DNA of 53,170 nt from a plasmid: the sequence record NZ_CP023007.1; one strand, 5' to 3'. The translations under genes were made by a program, and so were the position numbers. The notes below the pieces were generated by a model, which saw only the letters and a program-made list of their open reading frames with translations, was not told the DNA's origin and made no database searches. Positions 40,696 to 51,236 of this stretch are shown in pieces. Position 1 is the stretch's first letter. Each line of letters starts with the position of its first letter.

Positions 40696-41199
40696 TTATA
40701 AAGCTGATAGGAAGGCATCATTAAATGCTGGGATATCCTTTGGTTCGCGACTGGTAATTAGATTACCATCGATCACAACAGCTTTGTCTTCAATGCGTGC
40801 ACCGGCATAATACAAATCAGGTTGTACAGTTAAATATGCTGTCATTGTACGACCTTGCACTAACCCGGTTTGAATCATTAATTGTGGACCGTGGCAAATA
40901 CTTGCTGTTAACTTATTAGTTGCCAAAAAGAACTTGGTAAATTCGACAAACCGTTGGTCTGCACGTAATTGATCTGGCGAAAATCCTCCTGGGATGAACA
41001 ATGCATCAAAGTCTTGAGGACTCACTTCATCAATGGATTTATCAATGTTAATCTGAGTACCATGCTTACCTTCAACAGTGCCTTTTTCAAAGCTGATCGT
41101 TGTCACTTTGTGTCCTGCAGACTTAAGAGCCTCTACAGGTTCAGTATATTCAACGTCTTCGACTAGATTAGTCACCAAAACTGCAACTGATTTTGCCAT
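40696..41199 (-). CDS. DJ-1/PfpI-family protein (glyoxalase III / general stress protein)
   Basis: Nucleophile elbow ICHGPQ. Confidence 0.85.
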   Translation of the reverse strand: MAKSVAVLVTNLVEDVEYTEPVEALKSAGHKVTTISFEKGTVEGKHGTQINIDKSIDEVSPQDFDALFIPGGFSPDQLRADQRFVEFTKFFLATNKLTASICHGPQLMIQTGLVQGRTMTAYLTVQPDLYYAGARIEDKAVVIDGNLITSREPKDIPAFNDAFLSAL

Positions 41200-41279
41200 A
41201 ATAAAATTCCTCCTTTTTATGATTATTCATCGCGTTTTTTATATTTAGAGCTAGTTATTTGCCAGACCCACTATTTCTT

Positions 41280-42428
41280 TTAAGACATACCTGGTTTCAA
41301 TACCACTTTAATGTTATTATCCGCTTTTTTGTCAAAAATATCGTATGCTTCAGCAGCACGCTCCAAAGGCATTGTATGTGTAATGATATCCGATGGGTCG
41401 AACTCCCCTTTTTCAATCATGTCATAGATTTTCGGCATCAAGTGGATAACCGGAGCTTGTCCCATTTTAATATTCACATTACGAGTGAAGAAATCTTGGA
41501 ACGGGAAATTCGTTGCTGGAGTCATATAAACCCCAGTTACCATCAACGTCCCAAATTTCTTCACAGCTTCACTTGCTGTTTGTATTGGTGAGTAAGAACC
41601 GCTTTGCGGCGTAAGAATATCTTTAGTTTTTTCTTTGATTGGCGTTACACCATCCATTCCTACACAATCAATTACTACCTCAGCACCACCCTTAGTCATT
41701 TCATATAATTCACTACCAACTTTAGAAACATCTGAAAAATTCACGATCTCTACGCCGTTCATTTTTTTCGCATGCTGCAAACGATGATCGACGTTATCTA
41801 CGGCAATTACACGTTTAGCACCTTTCATTTTGGCAAATTTTTGTACAAATAATCCGATAGGGCCAGAACCCAATACGATTACTGTATCTCCTGGTTTCAT
41901 ACCACTATGTTCTACACTCCAATATGCTGTTGGCAGTACATCTGATAGGAATAATACCTTCTCATCTGGTAGATCACTATCAGGAACAACAAAAGAAGTG
42001 AAATCCGCAAATGGGACACGTAAGTATTCAGCTTGACCTCCAGGATAATTTCCTTCCATTTTACCAAAACCGAACAACCCGCCTTGATCAAACATTGGAT
42101 TAGGGTTGGAATTGTCACATTGACTTTCCATATGATTAGCACAGAAATGACACTCTCCACAACCAATGTTGAAAGGGATAACGACTCGGTCGCCTTTTTT
42201 CACTTTCGTTACTGCAGAACCAACTTCTTCTACAATGCCCATAGGCTCATGCCCTACCACATAGTCTTCTTCCATGACCGGTTTCCCGTTATGGTATAAA
42301 TGCAAGTCAGAACCGCAAATAGCTGTTGCTATGATGCGAACAATCATGTCGGTTGGTTCTTCAATCGTAGGATCCGGGACCGTTTTGACTTCCATTTTTT
42401 CGTTTCCTTGCCATGTTACTGCGCGCAT
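41280..42428 (-). CDS. Zn-dependent alcohol dehydrogenase, formaldehyde-dehydrogenase-like
   Basis: GHEPMG motif, the C-x2-C-x2-C-x7-C structural Zn site, and the GxGxxG NAD-binding motif. Confidence 0.85.
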   Translation of the reverse strand: MRAVTWQGNEKMEVKTVPDPTIEEPTDMIVRIIATAICGSDLHLYHNGKPVMEEDYVVGHEPMGIVEEVGSAVTKVKKGDRVVIPFNIGCGECHFCANHMESQCDNSNPNPMFDQGGLFGFGKMEGNYPGGQAEYLRVPFADFTSFVVPDSDLPDEKVLFLSDVLPTAYWSVEHSGMKPGDTVIVLGSGPIGLFVQKFAKMKGAKRVIAVDNVDHRLQHAKKMNGVEIVNFSDVSKVGSELYEMTKGGAEVVIDCVGMDGVTPIKEKTKDILTPQSGSYSPIQTASEAVKKFGTLMVTGVYMTPATNFPFQDFFTRNVNIKMGQAPVIHLMPKIYDMIEKGEFDPSDIITHTMPLERAAEAYDIFDKKADNNIKVVLKPGMS

Positions 42429-42466
42429 AAAATCTCTCCTTTTTGTAAAAGCGATATTTTCAGATT

Positions 42467-43021
42467 ATGAAGACAGCCTATCATCCTGTTTTATATAAAT
42501 CAAAAGTTAAAGCTTTAGGACTAATCGGTTATGGCCATATTGCGCAAAAAGTTGCTAAAATAGGACACACTTTTTCTATGAAAATTATTTTCTATAATCA
42601 TCGTCTTAAAAAGGTTCCTGAATCATGGATTCAGCAGGTTTCATTTGATGAACTATTAAGGCAATCTGATGTGCTTAGTCTGCATGTGATCCAAACACCA
42701 GAAACAATTGATTTAATTAATAATGATACAATTGCCGAAATGAAAAATGGGGTTATTATATTGAATACGGCCCGAGGCAAATTGGTTAATGAAGCGGACA
42801 TCAGGAATGCCTTGAATGAAGGCAAAATTTATGCCTACGCCACTGATGTTGTTAAAGGGGAGCCCATTGCTAGTGATAGCCCATTATTACAGGCCAAAAA
42901 TTGTTATATTACCCCACATATTGCTTGGGCACCATATGAGACAAGAGATCGGTTGTTGCATATGACTGTTGATAATATAAAAGCATATTTATCAAGAGAT
43001 CTGAAAAACGTTATCAATTAA
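42467..43021 (+). pseudogene. D-isomer-specific 2-hydroxyacid dehydrogenase, NAD-binding C-terminal half only
   Basis: GLIGYGHIAQ Rossmann motif; the N-terminal ~110 aa are missing. Confidence 0.65.
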
Positions 43022-44215
43022 TGGCAATGGTCTGTGAATTCTTTTGCCTACATTGAAGTAAAATTGTCTAAAATAAAGCAATTAGAAAAAACAGAGCCAG
43101 CAAATAAAGTGTTAAGAAGAAATTACGTAAGTTAGTAAACAAGAACGAAATCGATCAACTTCGTGAAGAATTGATGAAAAAGAATCAAGAATTATATGAT
43201 GCAAAATTGGAGAACGAAATCTTAAAAAAATCAATGACCCTGTTCGGAACCTCAAAGGACGAAAGAAAACACAAATAGTTGATCAGATCAGGGTCGAACA
43301 AGAGTCTCTTCCGAAATCTAACCGGTATAAAGTCGGCGATATTCTTAAGACCATTGGACTTAAGAAAGCGACTTATCATGATGAACGTAAACGTATCAAA
43401 GATTATGTAGATATGTAAAAGTAGAGATACTAAAAATTGCTGAAAGCGGGAGATATCGCGGACGTCTAACCTACGGTTATCGTCGCGTTCAAGAAGAGCT
43501 CATTAAATTAGATATCCATCTATCAGACGCCGTAGTGCGTCGTTTGATGGATGAATTAAATGTTCAAGTAAGCCTTTATAACCGCCACAGAAATGGTAGA
43601 TATTCATCTTATAAAGGTACAGTTGGAAAAGTGGCCCGTAACGTTCTACATCAGCATTTTAATGAAACCGTACCTTTCAAAGTATTACATACCGATGTTA
43701 CACAAGTACGCTTAGCCGATACTAAGTGGGCTTACGTCTCAGCTATTACTGACGAAGCAAGCAAGGAAGTTTTAGCATTTCAAGTAAGTAATAGTCCTAA
43801 CAGTAAACTAATTATGGATACACTCGATGAACTCACAGAAAATATTTCGGAAGGAATAAAACCAATAATTCATTCAGATCAAGGTTGGCATTATCAATTG
43901 AATTACTATACCGATAAACTCTCTGAAAAAAATTTATACAAAGCATGTCTCGTAAGGGAAACTGTCTTGATAATGCGCCAATTGAAAGCTTCTTTCATCT
44001 TCTTAAAACAGAATGTCTTAATGGATTTCCACAGTGTAAAGATATTGGAGAATTCAAGGAAATCACAAAGAATTACGTCGATTGGTTTAACAATCGACGA
44101 ATATCACAGAAAACAAAAGGCATGACTCCCTGCGAATACAGGGAACATGCCTTAGCAGTTTAAAAATATTCAATTTTGTCTAACTTTTGTGTTGCACTTT
44201 AAATGAGGTGATCTT
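43022..44215 (+). mobile_element. degenerate IS3-family element: orfA is in pieces; orfB (43535..44163) is frameshifted at ~43945
   Basis: rve-domain HSDQGWHY; C-terminus NYVDWFNNRRISQK. Confidence 0.7.
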
Positions 44216-44225
44216 TTTGAATCTT

Positions 44226-46550
44226 TTAAGAAATTATAGTTGCTAATGCAGCACCAGTCCGAGAGTTTTTATCGTTTAGGCTATCTTTTGGATGACCTTC
44301 AAAACAAACTTGACCGCCGAATTTACCAGCATCGGGTCCCATATCGACTAACCAATCGGCTCGTGAAATTAATTTCAGATTATGTTCAATCAGAATTAAT
44401 GTATTGCCCTTATCAACCAATCCTTCAAATAAATCGATCAATTGTTGAGTATCCTGTAAGTGCAATCCGGTTGTTGGTTCATCTAAGAAATAGATTCGGC
44501 CGGTATGATTCAATTCCATTGCTAACTTAACACGTTGCACTTCACCACCAGATAAAGTGGTCATCGACTGGCTAAGATTCAAATAACCAAGTCCAACTTG
44601 GTGGAGTAGACTAACCTTTTTGTAGATATCTGGCACATCTTTGAAAAACTCTAAAGTGTCGTTGATAGAAAGATTTAGAACCTCAGAAATATCTTTGCCA
44701 TGATAAGTGTATTGTAGTGCTTCTTGGCTATAACGTTTCCCATGACACAACTCACATTCTTGAACGATTGGATCCATGAATGCCATCTCGGTGATCATCA
44801 CACCTTTACCTTTGCAACGGGGACAAGCACCTTTACCGTTATAACTAAATAGTTGTGTTGAAACGCCATTGTTGGCTTTACTGAAAAGCTTTCGTAGAGG
44901 ATTTAAAATGTTCAAGTAAGTTGCAGGTGTAGAACGAATATTCAAACCTACAGAATCCTGACTCAAATCAATATAGTCTTGATCAGAAACTTGTTGTTTG
45001 AAAGCTTGGACTAAAGTACTTTTTCCAGAACCTGCTGGTCCAGATATCACGGTCATTACACCTTGAGGGATTCTGCTAGATACGTCTTTTAAATTATGAG
45101 AAGTTACATGATTAACATTTAGCCAAGATTGAGGTTCACGAGGCTTTGGGAAAGTGATTTTTTCTCGTAACATTTTACCCGTAATAGTATCTGACCGTAA
45201 TAGTTCGTCGTAGGTACCAGTGAAAGTTACTTGACCACCATTTTTGCCGGCTTGTGGTCCCATTTCCACGACATAATCTGCTGTCGAAATAATGGCAGGG
45301 TTGTGATCAACTAGGATAATGGTATTGCCATGTTCCTTGAGCTTTTTTAAGGATAGGGTAATTAATTTAATATCGTGAGGATGGAGTCCTACACTTGGTT
45401 CATCGAGTACGTAAACTAAATCGGATAGGGAACTCGTCAAATATTTGGCAATTTTAATTCGTTGAGCTTCTCCACCAGATAGAGTATCAGTTCCACGGCC
45501 AAGGGAAAGATAACCTAAACCGATGTCGACCAAAGCTTGAACTTTACTATGTAGTTCACGCACCATTGTTTTAGCCTTGGGGTCCGAGATATTATCCAAA
45601 AATTTTAGGACACTTACTAAATCCATATCGCTGACTTCTGCAATATTTTTGCCAGCAATTTTACCAGTTAGAGCCTTTTTGTTCAGACGTGTTCCATGAC
45701 ATACTGGGCAAGGTTTTCGAGTGACAATCTTTGATAAGGCAGCTTCATGATGACGACCTGAGGCACTATGAATAACAGAGCGAAGCATACGTGGAACTAG
45801 TCCTTCATATAATGCCGTACGGCCCCAATTTGCCGGTGGATTTTTTAATTTTTGTTGCGGAGCGTGCATGAATAAATCATATTCTTCATCGGTGTAGTCT
45901 TTAATTTTTTTGTCTAAATCAAATAATCCACTGTTGCCATATTCCTTCCAACGCCAAGTTCCCGGTTGAAAACCGGCAAAAGTCATTGCACCTTCATTGA
46001 GTGATTTATTAGGATCAATTAATTGACGTTCATCTATGTCGTCAACAAAGCCTAATCCCTGACATTTTGGACACATTCCCTGAGGTAGGTTAAAGGAAAA
46101 CCATTCAGAATACCCAACCCAAGGCTGTCCAATTCGAGAAAACATCAAACGTAAGACGGAATAGATGCCGGTGTAGGTTGCCAGAGTAGATCGAGAATTA
46201 CGACCAATAGGCTTCTGTTCAACCACAATTGCCACTGGTAAGTTGTCGATTCGGTTCACTTCAGGTTGACCGTATTTAGGCAAATATTGTTGGGTGAAAC
46301 TAGGAAAAGTTTCATTCAATTCACGTCGGGAAACAGCGGCTAATGTATCAAAAACTAAAGAGGATTTACCAGACCCAGAAAGACCAGCAAATACAGTCGT
46401 TTTATGCTTAGGAATATCTAAACTGACATCCTTTAAGTTATTTTCTTGAGCTCCATGGATAGAGATAGTCCCATCTGCAAATAAATCAGTCATAAAAACC
46501 TCCAACAGTAAATTTATAATTCCATTATATATAGAAATCTCGTTTAACAA
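44226..46550 (-). CDS. UvrA-paralog ABC ATPase (774 aa, no UvrB-binding domain)
   Basis: Two NBDs with Walker A GLSGSGKS / GPAGSGKS; zinc-finger pairs CPKC..CPVCHG and CPRCKG..CELCHG. Confidence 0.85.
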   Translation of the reverse strand: MLNEISIYNGIINLLLEVFMTDLFADGTISIHGAQENNLKDVSLDIPKHKTTVFAGLSGSGKSSLVFDTLAAVSRRELNETFPSFTQQYLPKYGQPEVNRIDNLPVAIVVEQKPIGRNSRSTLATYTGIYSVLRLMFSRIGQPWVGYSEWFSFNLPQGMCPKCQGLGFVDDIDERQLIDPNKSLNEGAMTFAGFQPGTWRWKEYGNSGLFDLDKKIKDYTDEEYDLFMHAPQQKLKNPPANWGRTALYEGLVPRMLRSVIHSASGRHHEAALSKIVTRKPCPVCHGTRLNKKALTGKIAGKNIAEVSDMDLVSVLKFLDNISDPKAKTMVRELHSKVQALVDIGLGYLSLGRGTDTLSGGEAQRIKIAKYLTSSLSDLVYVLDEPSVGLHPHDIKLITLSLKKLKEHGNTIILVDHNPAIISTADYVVEMGPQAGKNGGQVTFTGTYDELLRSDTITGKMLREKITFPKPREPQSWLNVNHVTSHNLKDVSSRIPQGVMTVISGPAGSGKSTLVQAFKQQVSDQDYIDLSQDSVGLNIRSTPATYLNILNPLRKLFSKANNGVSTQLFSYNGKGACPRCKGKGVMITEMAFMDPIVQECELCHGKRYSQEALQYTYHGKDISEVLNLSINDTLEFFKDVPDIYKKVSLLHQVGLGYLNLSQSMTTLSGGEVQRVKLAMELNHTGRIYFLDEPTTGLHLQDTQQLIDLFEGLVDKGNTLILIEHNLKLISRADWLVDMGPDAGKFGGQVCFEGHPKDSLNDKNSRTGAALATIIS

Positions 46551-46556
46551 AAATAA

Positions 46557-46610
46557 TCGGGTCTAGAATTTTTGGTGTTGGAAAGTATTTCCATTCCAAA
46601 AGTACTAGGC
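46557..46610. repeat. second copy of the 54-bp paired-IR palindrome (inverted relative to 9203-9256; 1 mismatch)
   Basis: Direct comparison of the two copies. Confidence 0.6.
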
Positions 46611-46711
46611 CCTAATTTAAAAAGCCATTGATAATGGATCAAAAACGGCCACTAGGGTGTGCTTTAGTGAGTCAGATAGAACGTGTTGAAATATACAAAG
46701 GGGGGTTAATA

Positions 46712-47145
46712 ATGGATAATATGAGAAAAGTGCAGAGTGTATCAGAAGAGAATATGAATGAAGTTCGAATTTTTGAGATATGTAGAATCCAAGTAAAAGC
46801 AGTTCAATCCGAAAAAATAAAAGTATCTGTTTCAGAAAGCTTTGCTTCTGTTCTTAAGTATCTATTGGCAATTCAACTCAAGAAGTATTGCAAGGTTTAT
46901 TCATGGACGTTAAGAATGAGGTCGTATATAAACAAGATCTTTTTGTTGGGAGAGTGAGGGGAATTAATGCTTCACCGTATCAAATTGTGCAGTCAGCCAT
47001 TTTGATGAACGCAACCCATATTATATTGGCACACAACCATCCTAGCCAAGAAGATATAAAATTTTCGAAAAATCTAAAAGAAGTTTTAAGCCATTTTAAT
47101 ATTATCTTGTTAAACCATCTCATAGTATTATCCAGTAGCTATTAT
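46712..47145 (+). pseudogene. radC: RadC-like JAB/MPN domain protein, frameshifted (~46920) and 3'-fused to a toxin remnant
   Basis: HIILAHNHPSQ is the JAMM motif. AAAGGGGGG RBS. Confidence 0.65.
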
Positions 47146-47427
47146 TGGACTGAATTTGAAAAATTTTTGGATAGTTTGCCAACGAAGGATGCTGTAAAAT
47201 TAGTTACCATTATTCGTAAGATTGAAACGTATGGGCTACTCGTAGCGGAGAGGCAAAATTGAACAATAATTTATATGAGATACGTTCTAAACGAGCTTCT
47301 AACATCCAAAGAACCATTTACTTTCAATTCAAAGATAATAAATACATCATCACAAATAGATTTACCAAAAAGTCGCAAAAAACACCAGCCAGTGAGAAAA
47401 AAATTGCTAGAGATAGAAGGTAAATTT
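47130..47427 (+). pseudogene. Gp49-like RelE/ParE-family toxin, 5'-truncated and frameshifted at ~47258
   Basis: FEKFLDSLPTKDAVKLVTIIRKIETYG | LYEIRSKRASNIQRTIYFQFKDNKYIITNRFTKKSQKTP. Confidence 0.55.
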
Positions 47428-47450
47428 ATTTTAATAAGGAGGAATCATAG

Positions 47451-47735
47451 ATGAGCAAAATTGATAAATATATTGAAAAAAGAAGTGTTCAAGACGCTGA
47501 TTTTGCTAAGCAAGTTGAGCAAGAAGATATCAACTTAGAGGTAGCGATAAAAGTGCGTTCTTTAAGGGAAGATATGGGGTTAACACAACGGGAATTTGCC
47601 CAAGTGATTGGTAAACCACAATCTACTGTTGCAAGAATTGAGAATGGTAATGTTAATGCTTCAACCAAGATGCTTTCCGACATTGCTAAGGCAACCAATC
47701 AAAGACTGACTATTCAGTTTGAACCTGTTCATTAA
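47451..47735 (+). CDS. XRE-family HTH antitoxin (HigA-like), intact
   Basis: LTQREFAQVIGKPQSTVARIENG HTH motif. AAGGAGG RBS. Confidence 0.75.
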   Translation: MSKIDKYIEKRSVQDADFAKQVEQEDINLEVAIKVRSLREDMGLTQREFAQVIGKPQSTVARIENGNVNASTKMLSDIAKATNQRLTIQFEPVH

Positions 47736-47767
47736 TCGCAGATTTATAATTATTCGAAAAAATGATG

Positions 47768-47815
47768 GAATATTCAAGTTTCGAGCCTTAGGTTCGAAAC
47801 TTTTTTATTTCAGAT
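47768..47815 (+). terminator. terminator hairpin AGTTTCGAGCC..GGTTCGAAACT plus T-run; a near-identical ~48-bp copy lies at 49730-49778
   Basis: Direct repeat of the terminator module, ~85% identical. Confidence 0.55.
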
Positions 47816-48255
47816 AAATTCTAGTTAAATAAATTCAACATATTCTGATATTCATAGATGGTATGCCTGATCTGTTTTAACTTTTTAATAGTATTTGTAA
47901 TTAATTGATTTTTTACGATTTAAATTATTATTTAATAACTAATTAATTTTTAATTAGTACCACAACCAAGTTCAATATCTAAAATTTCGCAATCAGTGGA
48001 AAATTATGACAGTTATATTAGTATTTTTTTACTGGTAATTAGTTATTAGTAGATTTTAGATATTCGGCATCGAGTTTGTGTTAATCGAAGGATGTTTATT
48101 TTATTTAATTCAACCGACCTTATTATTTTAGGCTTAATATATTCAGCTTGAAAAATTTGCTACAGGTTTAACTTATTTTAAATAAGCAAATTATTTGATA
48201 TTGTTTAGTCGTAAACCTATACTCTGTTTATCATGGTTTTATAGTGGGGGATAAA

Positions 48256-49614
48256 ATGATTAAAGCTAAGAATGTATATATTGGTTTTGGAAAAGCGGCT
48301 AAGACACTTGCTTTTCGTCAAGCACAACGCGGTGAATCAGTCGTAGTAATCGAGGAATCTGATCAGATGTACGGTGGAACATGTATCAATATTGCATGTA
48401 TTCCATCTAAGCTGTTGTATGAATTATCTGACAAGCCACAGGTTGGTGGTTTAAAAGATAACTACAAAATGGCAATTACTAAAAAAAGAAGTGTCATTGG
48501 CAAATTAAGGTATAGTAATTTTCATAAATTAGCTGATCAAAAGACGGTTAAAGTTTTGAATGGATCGGCTTCGTTTATTGACCAACATACGTTAAACGTT
48601 AAATATTTGAATGGAGCGACAGAAGAAGTAGTAGGCGAAAGAATTTTTATTAATACCGGTGCTACATCTACAATCCCAGATATCCCGGGATTAAAAGAAA
48701 GTTCAAGAACCGTTACTAGCACGGATTTATTAGATCAAGATCACTTTCCCCAATCTTTAGCCATTATTGGTGGTGGGTATATTGGAATGGAATTTGCAAC
48801 AACGTATAGTCAATTTGGTTCCAAAGTGACGATGATTAATCGCAATGCAGAATTTATGCGTGGAATGGACCAAGATGTTTCCCAAGCGGTAAAACAAAAC
48901 TTTGATAAAGCCGGAATTGAAGTGCTTCAGTCAGCCGAAGTGATTCGAGTGCAAGATCAAGGTTCACACGCCGTATTGACTGTTGCTTCTGATGGAAGTG
49001 AATCACAAATAATGGTTGATACGATTCTCGTTGCCACTGGACGAAAGCCTAATATCCAAGGTTTAAATTTAGAACAAGCAGGAATTCGTTATACCGAAGC
49101 CGGAGTTGCCGTCGATGATCATCTTAGAACCAATGTTCAAAACATTTGGGCAATGGGTGACGTTCGAGGCGGAGCACAGTTTACCTTCCTCTCCTTGGAT
49201 GATTATCGAATTGTTTATAATCAGTTATACGCTAGTGGAACGAAGACAACTGAGGAGCAAGTAATTGTTCCAAAAACAATCTTTTTAATGCCGCCATTAT
49301 CTCAAATTGGCATGTCTGAAAGGGAAGCACTTGATAAAAAAATAGAATATCGTACGGGAAAGGTTGCCGTTGCTGGAATGCCTAAAGCACATATTTTAGG
49401 CCATCCGAACGGATTTTATAAAGTACTTATAGATAAAGAAGATCATATCCTAGGAGCCACGATCTATGCTCCAGAAGCACATGAAATTATCAACATCATC
49501 AGTTTGGCGATGCATGCCAATTTGCCTTACCAAATGTTAAGAGATCAGATTTATTCTCACCCCACGATGGCGGAAGGATTAAATGATCTGTTCGAAACGA
49601 TTGGTATGAACTAA
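48256..49614 (+). CDS. FAD/NAD(P)-dependent pyridine nucleotide-disulfide oxidoreductase (glutathione-reductase-like)
   Basis: Redox CxxxxC (GGTCINIACIPSK) and C-terminal HPTMAEGL. Confidence 0.85.
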   Translation: MIKAKNVYIGFGKAAKTLAFRQAQRGESVVVIEESDQMYGGTCINIACIPSKLLYELSDKPQVGGLKDNYKMAITKKRSVIGKLRYSNFHKLADQKTVKVLNGSASFIDQHTLNVKYLNGATEEVVGERIFINTGATSTIPDIPGLKESSRTVTSTDLLDQDHFPQSLAIIGGGYIGMEFATTYSQFGSKVTMINRNAEFMRGMDQDVSQAVKQNFDKAGIEVLQSAEVIRVQDQGSHAVLTVASDGSESQIMVDTILVATGRKPNIQGLNLEQAGIRYTEAGVAVDDHLRTNVQNIWAMGDVRGGAQFTFLSLDDYRIVYNQLYASGTKTTEEQVIVPKTIFLMPPLSQIGMSEREALDKKIEYRTGKVAVAGMPKAHILGHPNGFYKVLIDKEDHILGATIYAPEAHEIINIISLAMHANLPYQMLRDQIYSHPTMAEGLNDLFETIGMN

Positions 49615-49729
49615 AGGTGATTGGATTTGTCGGAATTATTATTTTTCATGTTTTGAACAAAAGTTATTTAATTGATTGCTAAAACGCAGATGCTACTAGA
49701 TTCTGTTTTGGCTGTGATTTTAATAATGT

Positions 49730-49778
49730 GATGGAGTATTTAAGTTTCGAGCCCTGTGTTCGAAACTTTTTTATTTTA
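49730..49778 (+). terminator. second copy of the terminator module
   Basis: GATGGAGTATTTAAGTTTCGAGCCCTGTGTTCGAAACTTTTTTATTTT. Confidence 0.5.
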
Positions 49779-49984
49779 TCGTACTTACCTTTATACATAG
49801 GACGTTTAAAAGGTTCATTAGAATACCTGTAGTTAATGAGGTAACGGAATATAATTATTTATGGTTCGTTTAAAAGATATAAAAACTTGCCTCAAGTAGA
49901 GGTTAACAGTGCTAACATGTGAACTATTATACTTTAATTTGTTTAATCCGGATCAAAGTTCAAATCAAATTTATAAGTTATATA

Positions 49985-50100
49985 ATATTGAACCAACAGT
50001 ATAGATGTAACAATAGAGTGTACCCTATTGTGTTACAATTAGTTTATTGAAATCTCGGTATTTATGTATGACACAATAGAGTTGTCACATAAATACTTTA
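49985..50100 (+). promoter_or_regulatory. putative res/crossover site region with imperfect palindromes upstream of the resolvase
   Basis: TGTAACAATAG..CTATTGTGTTACA and ATGACACAATAGAGTTGTCACAT. Confidence 0.3.
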
Positions 50101-50117
50101 AAAAGGGAGTCAAAAAA

Positions 50118-50720
50118 TTGAAAATAGGATATGCACGAGTGTCTACCACTGATCAGAATTTAGATCGTCAAATCTTTGCTTTAAAAAAAGCCGGAGTTCA
50201 AAAAATATTTGAAGAGAAAATTTCTGGTAAAAACATGGAACGCCCAAAGTTAAAAAAAATGCTGGAGTATATTCATGATGACGATGTAGTTACAGTAATA
50301 AGTTTGGATCGCTTAGGGCGTAATTCGCGTGATTTAACAGATGTTATTGATAAAATCAGACGGAGAGGAGCAGTTTTGGATGTTCTAGATTTACCTACGT
50401 TTGCAGGTGTTGAAGACGGCAATTTAAGAGCTCTATTAACAAATCTTGTATTGGAAATATATAAATATACGGCAGAAGAAGAACGTCAAAAAATCTTAAA
50501 AAGGCAAAGTCAGGGAATAAAAATAGCTAAGACAAAGGGCATATATAAAGGAAGAAAAAAAGAATATGCTCCAAATGGTTCAAAACGCTTCATATATAAT
50601 GGGGTTTTAAACGGAATAAAGAACGGAAAAAGTATTGCGCAAATTTCCAGAGAAACTGGTATCGGACGAACACAGGTCTATCGAATTCGTGACTATGCTA
50701 AATCAATTAATGAACTATAG
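50118..50720 (+). CDS. serine recombinase (resolvase), TTG start
   Basis: KIGYARVSTTDQ catalytic motif plus a C-terminal HTH. Confidence 0.85.
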   Translation: MKIGYARVSTTDQNLDRQIFALKKAGVQKIFEEKISGKNMERPKLKKMLEYIHDDDVVTVISLDRLGRNSRDLTDVIDKIRRRGAVLDVLDLPTFAGVEDGNLRALLTNLVLEIYKYTAEEERQKILKRQSQGIKIAKTKGIYKGRKKEYAPNGSKRFIYNGVLNGIKNGKSIAQISRETGIGRTQVYRIRDYAKSINEL

Positions 50721-50845
50721 CAGGTTTAATGTGAAATGTGCTTGTAGTTCGCCTTACAGACGTGATTTTATGATATTTGTAAGAAGAAATTAATTTATAT
50801 AAAAAGAACTTACTCAAATTAAGCTATGTTTATACTTCTGCGTAC

Positions 50846-51120
50846 GGTGTGTACATTGTATGCGCGGTATACTTAGTATACAAATGATAAGTATATACAA
50901 TTGCCTGTTCTCATACTGAGTTATTTATAATAACTATATTTATATTTTGCATACAATGTGTACATTGTATGCACGGTATACTTAGTATACAAGTGATAAG
51001 TATATAGAAACACCTACTCTCAAGCTGCATTATTTTATTATAATAACTATATTTATTTTTTTGAAAATAATGTATACATTGTTTTCATGGTACGCATCGT
51101 ATACAAATGATAAGTATAGT
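50846..51120. repeat. ~2.5 copies of a 110-bp tandem repeat rich in GTATAC/GTGTAC heptads, followed by a 15-bp perfect hairpin at 51121-51158
   Basis: Unit GTGTACATTGTATGCGCGGTATACTTAGTATACAAATGATAAGTATATA...ATAATAACTATATTTAT. Confidence 0.8.
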
Positions 51121-51236
51121 AAAAAGAACTTACTCATAATTGGAGTAAGTTCTTTTTCGTATGAAATATATCTAAATTATTTTGTACACTTCGTACGCTT
51201 TGTATACAGCGTGTACATTGTATACAAATGAAATCT

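Noticed and set aside
50846-51235. Possible CRISPR array, because of the regularly spaced repeats
   Set aside because: The repeat units are 110 bp tandem copies with diverging sequence. They are not short identical repeats separated by unique spacers. No cas genes are present. The content fits a partition/centromere region.
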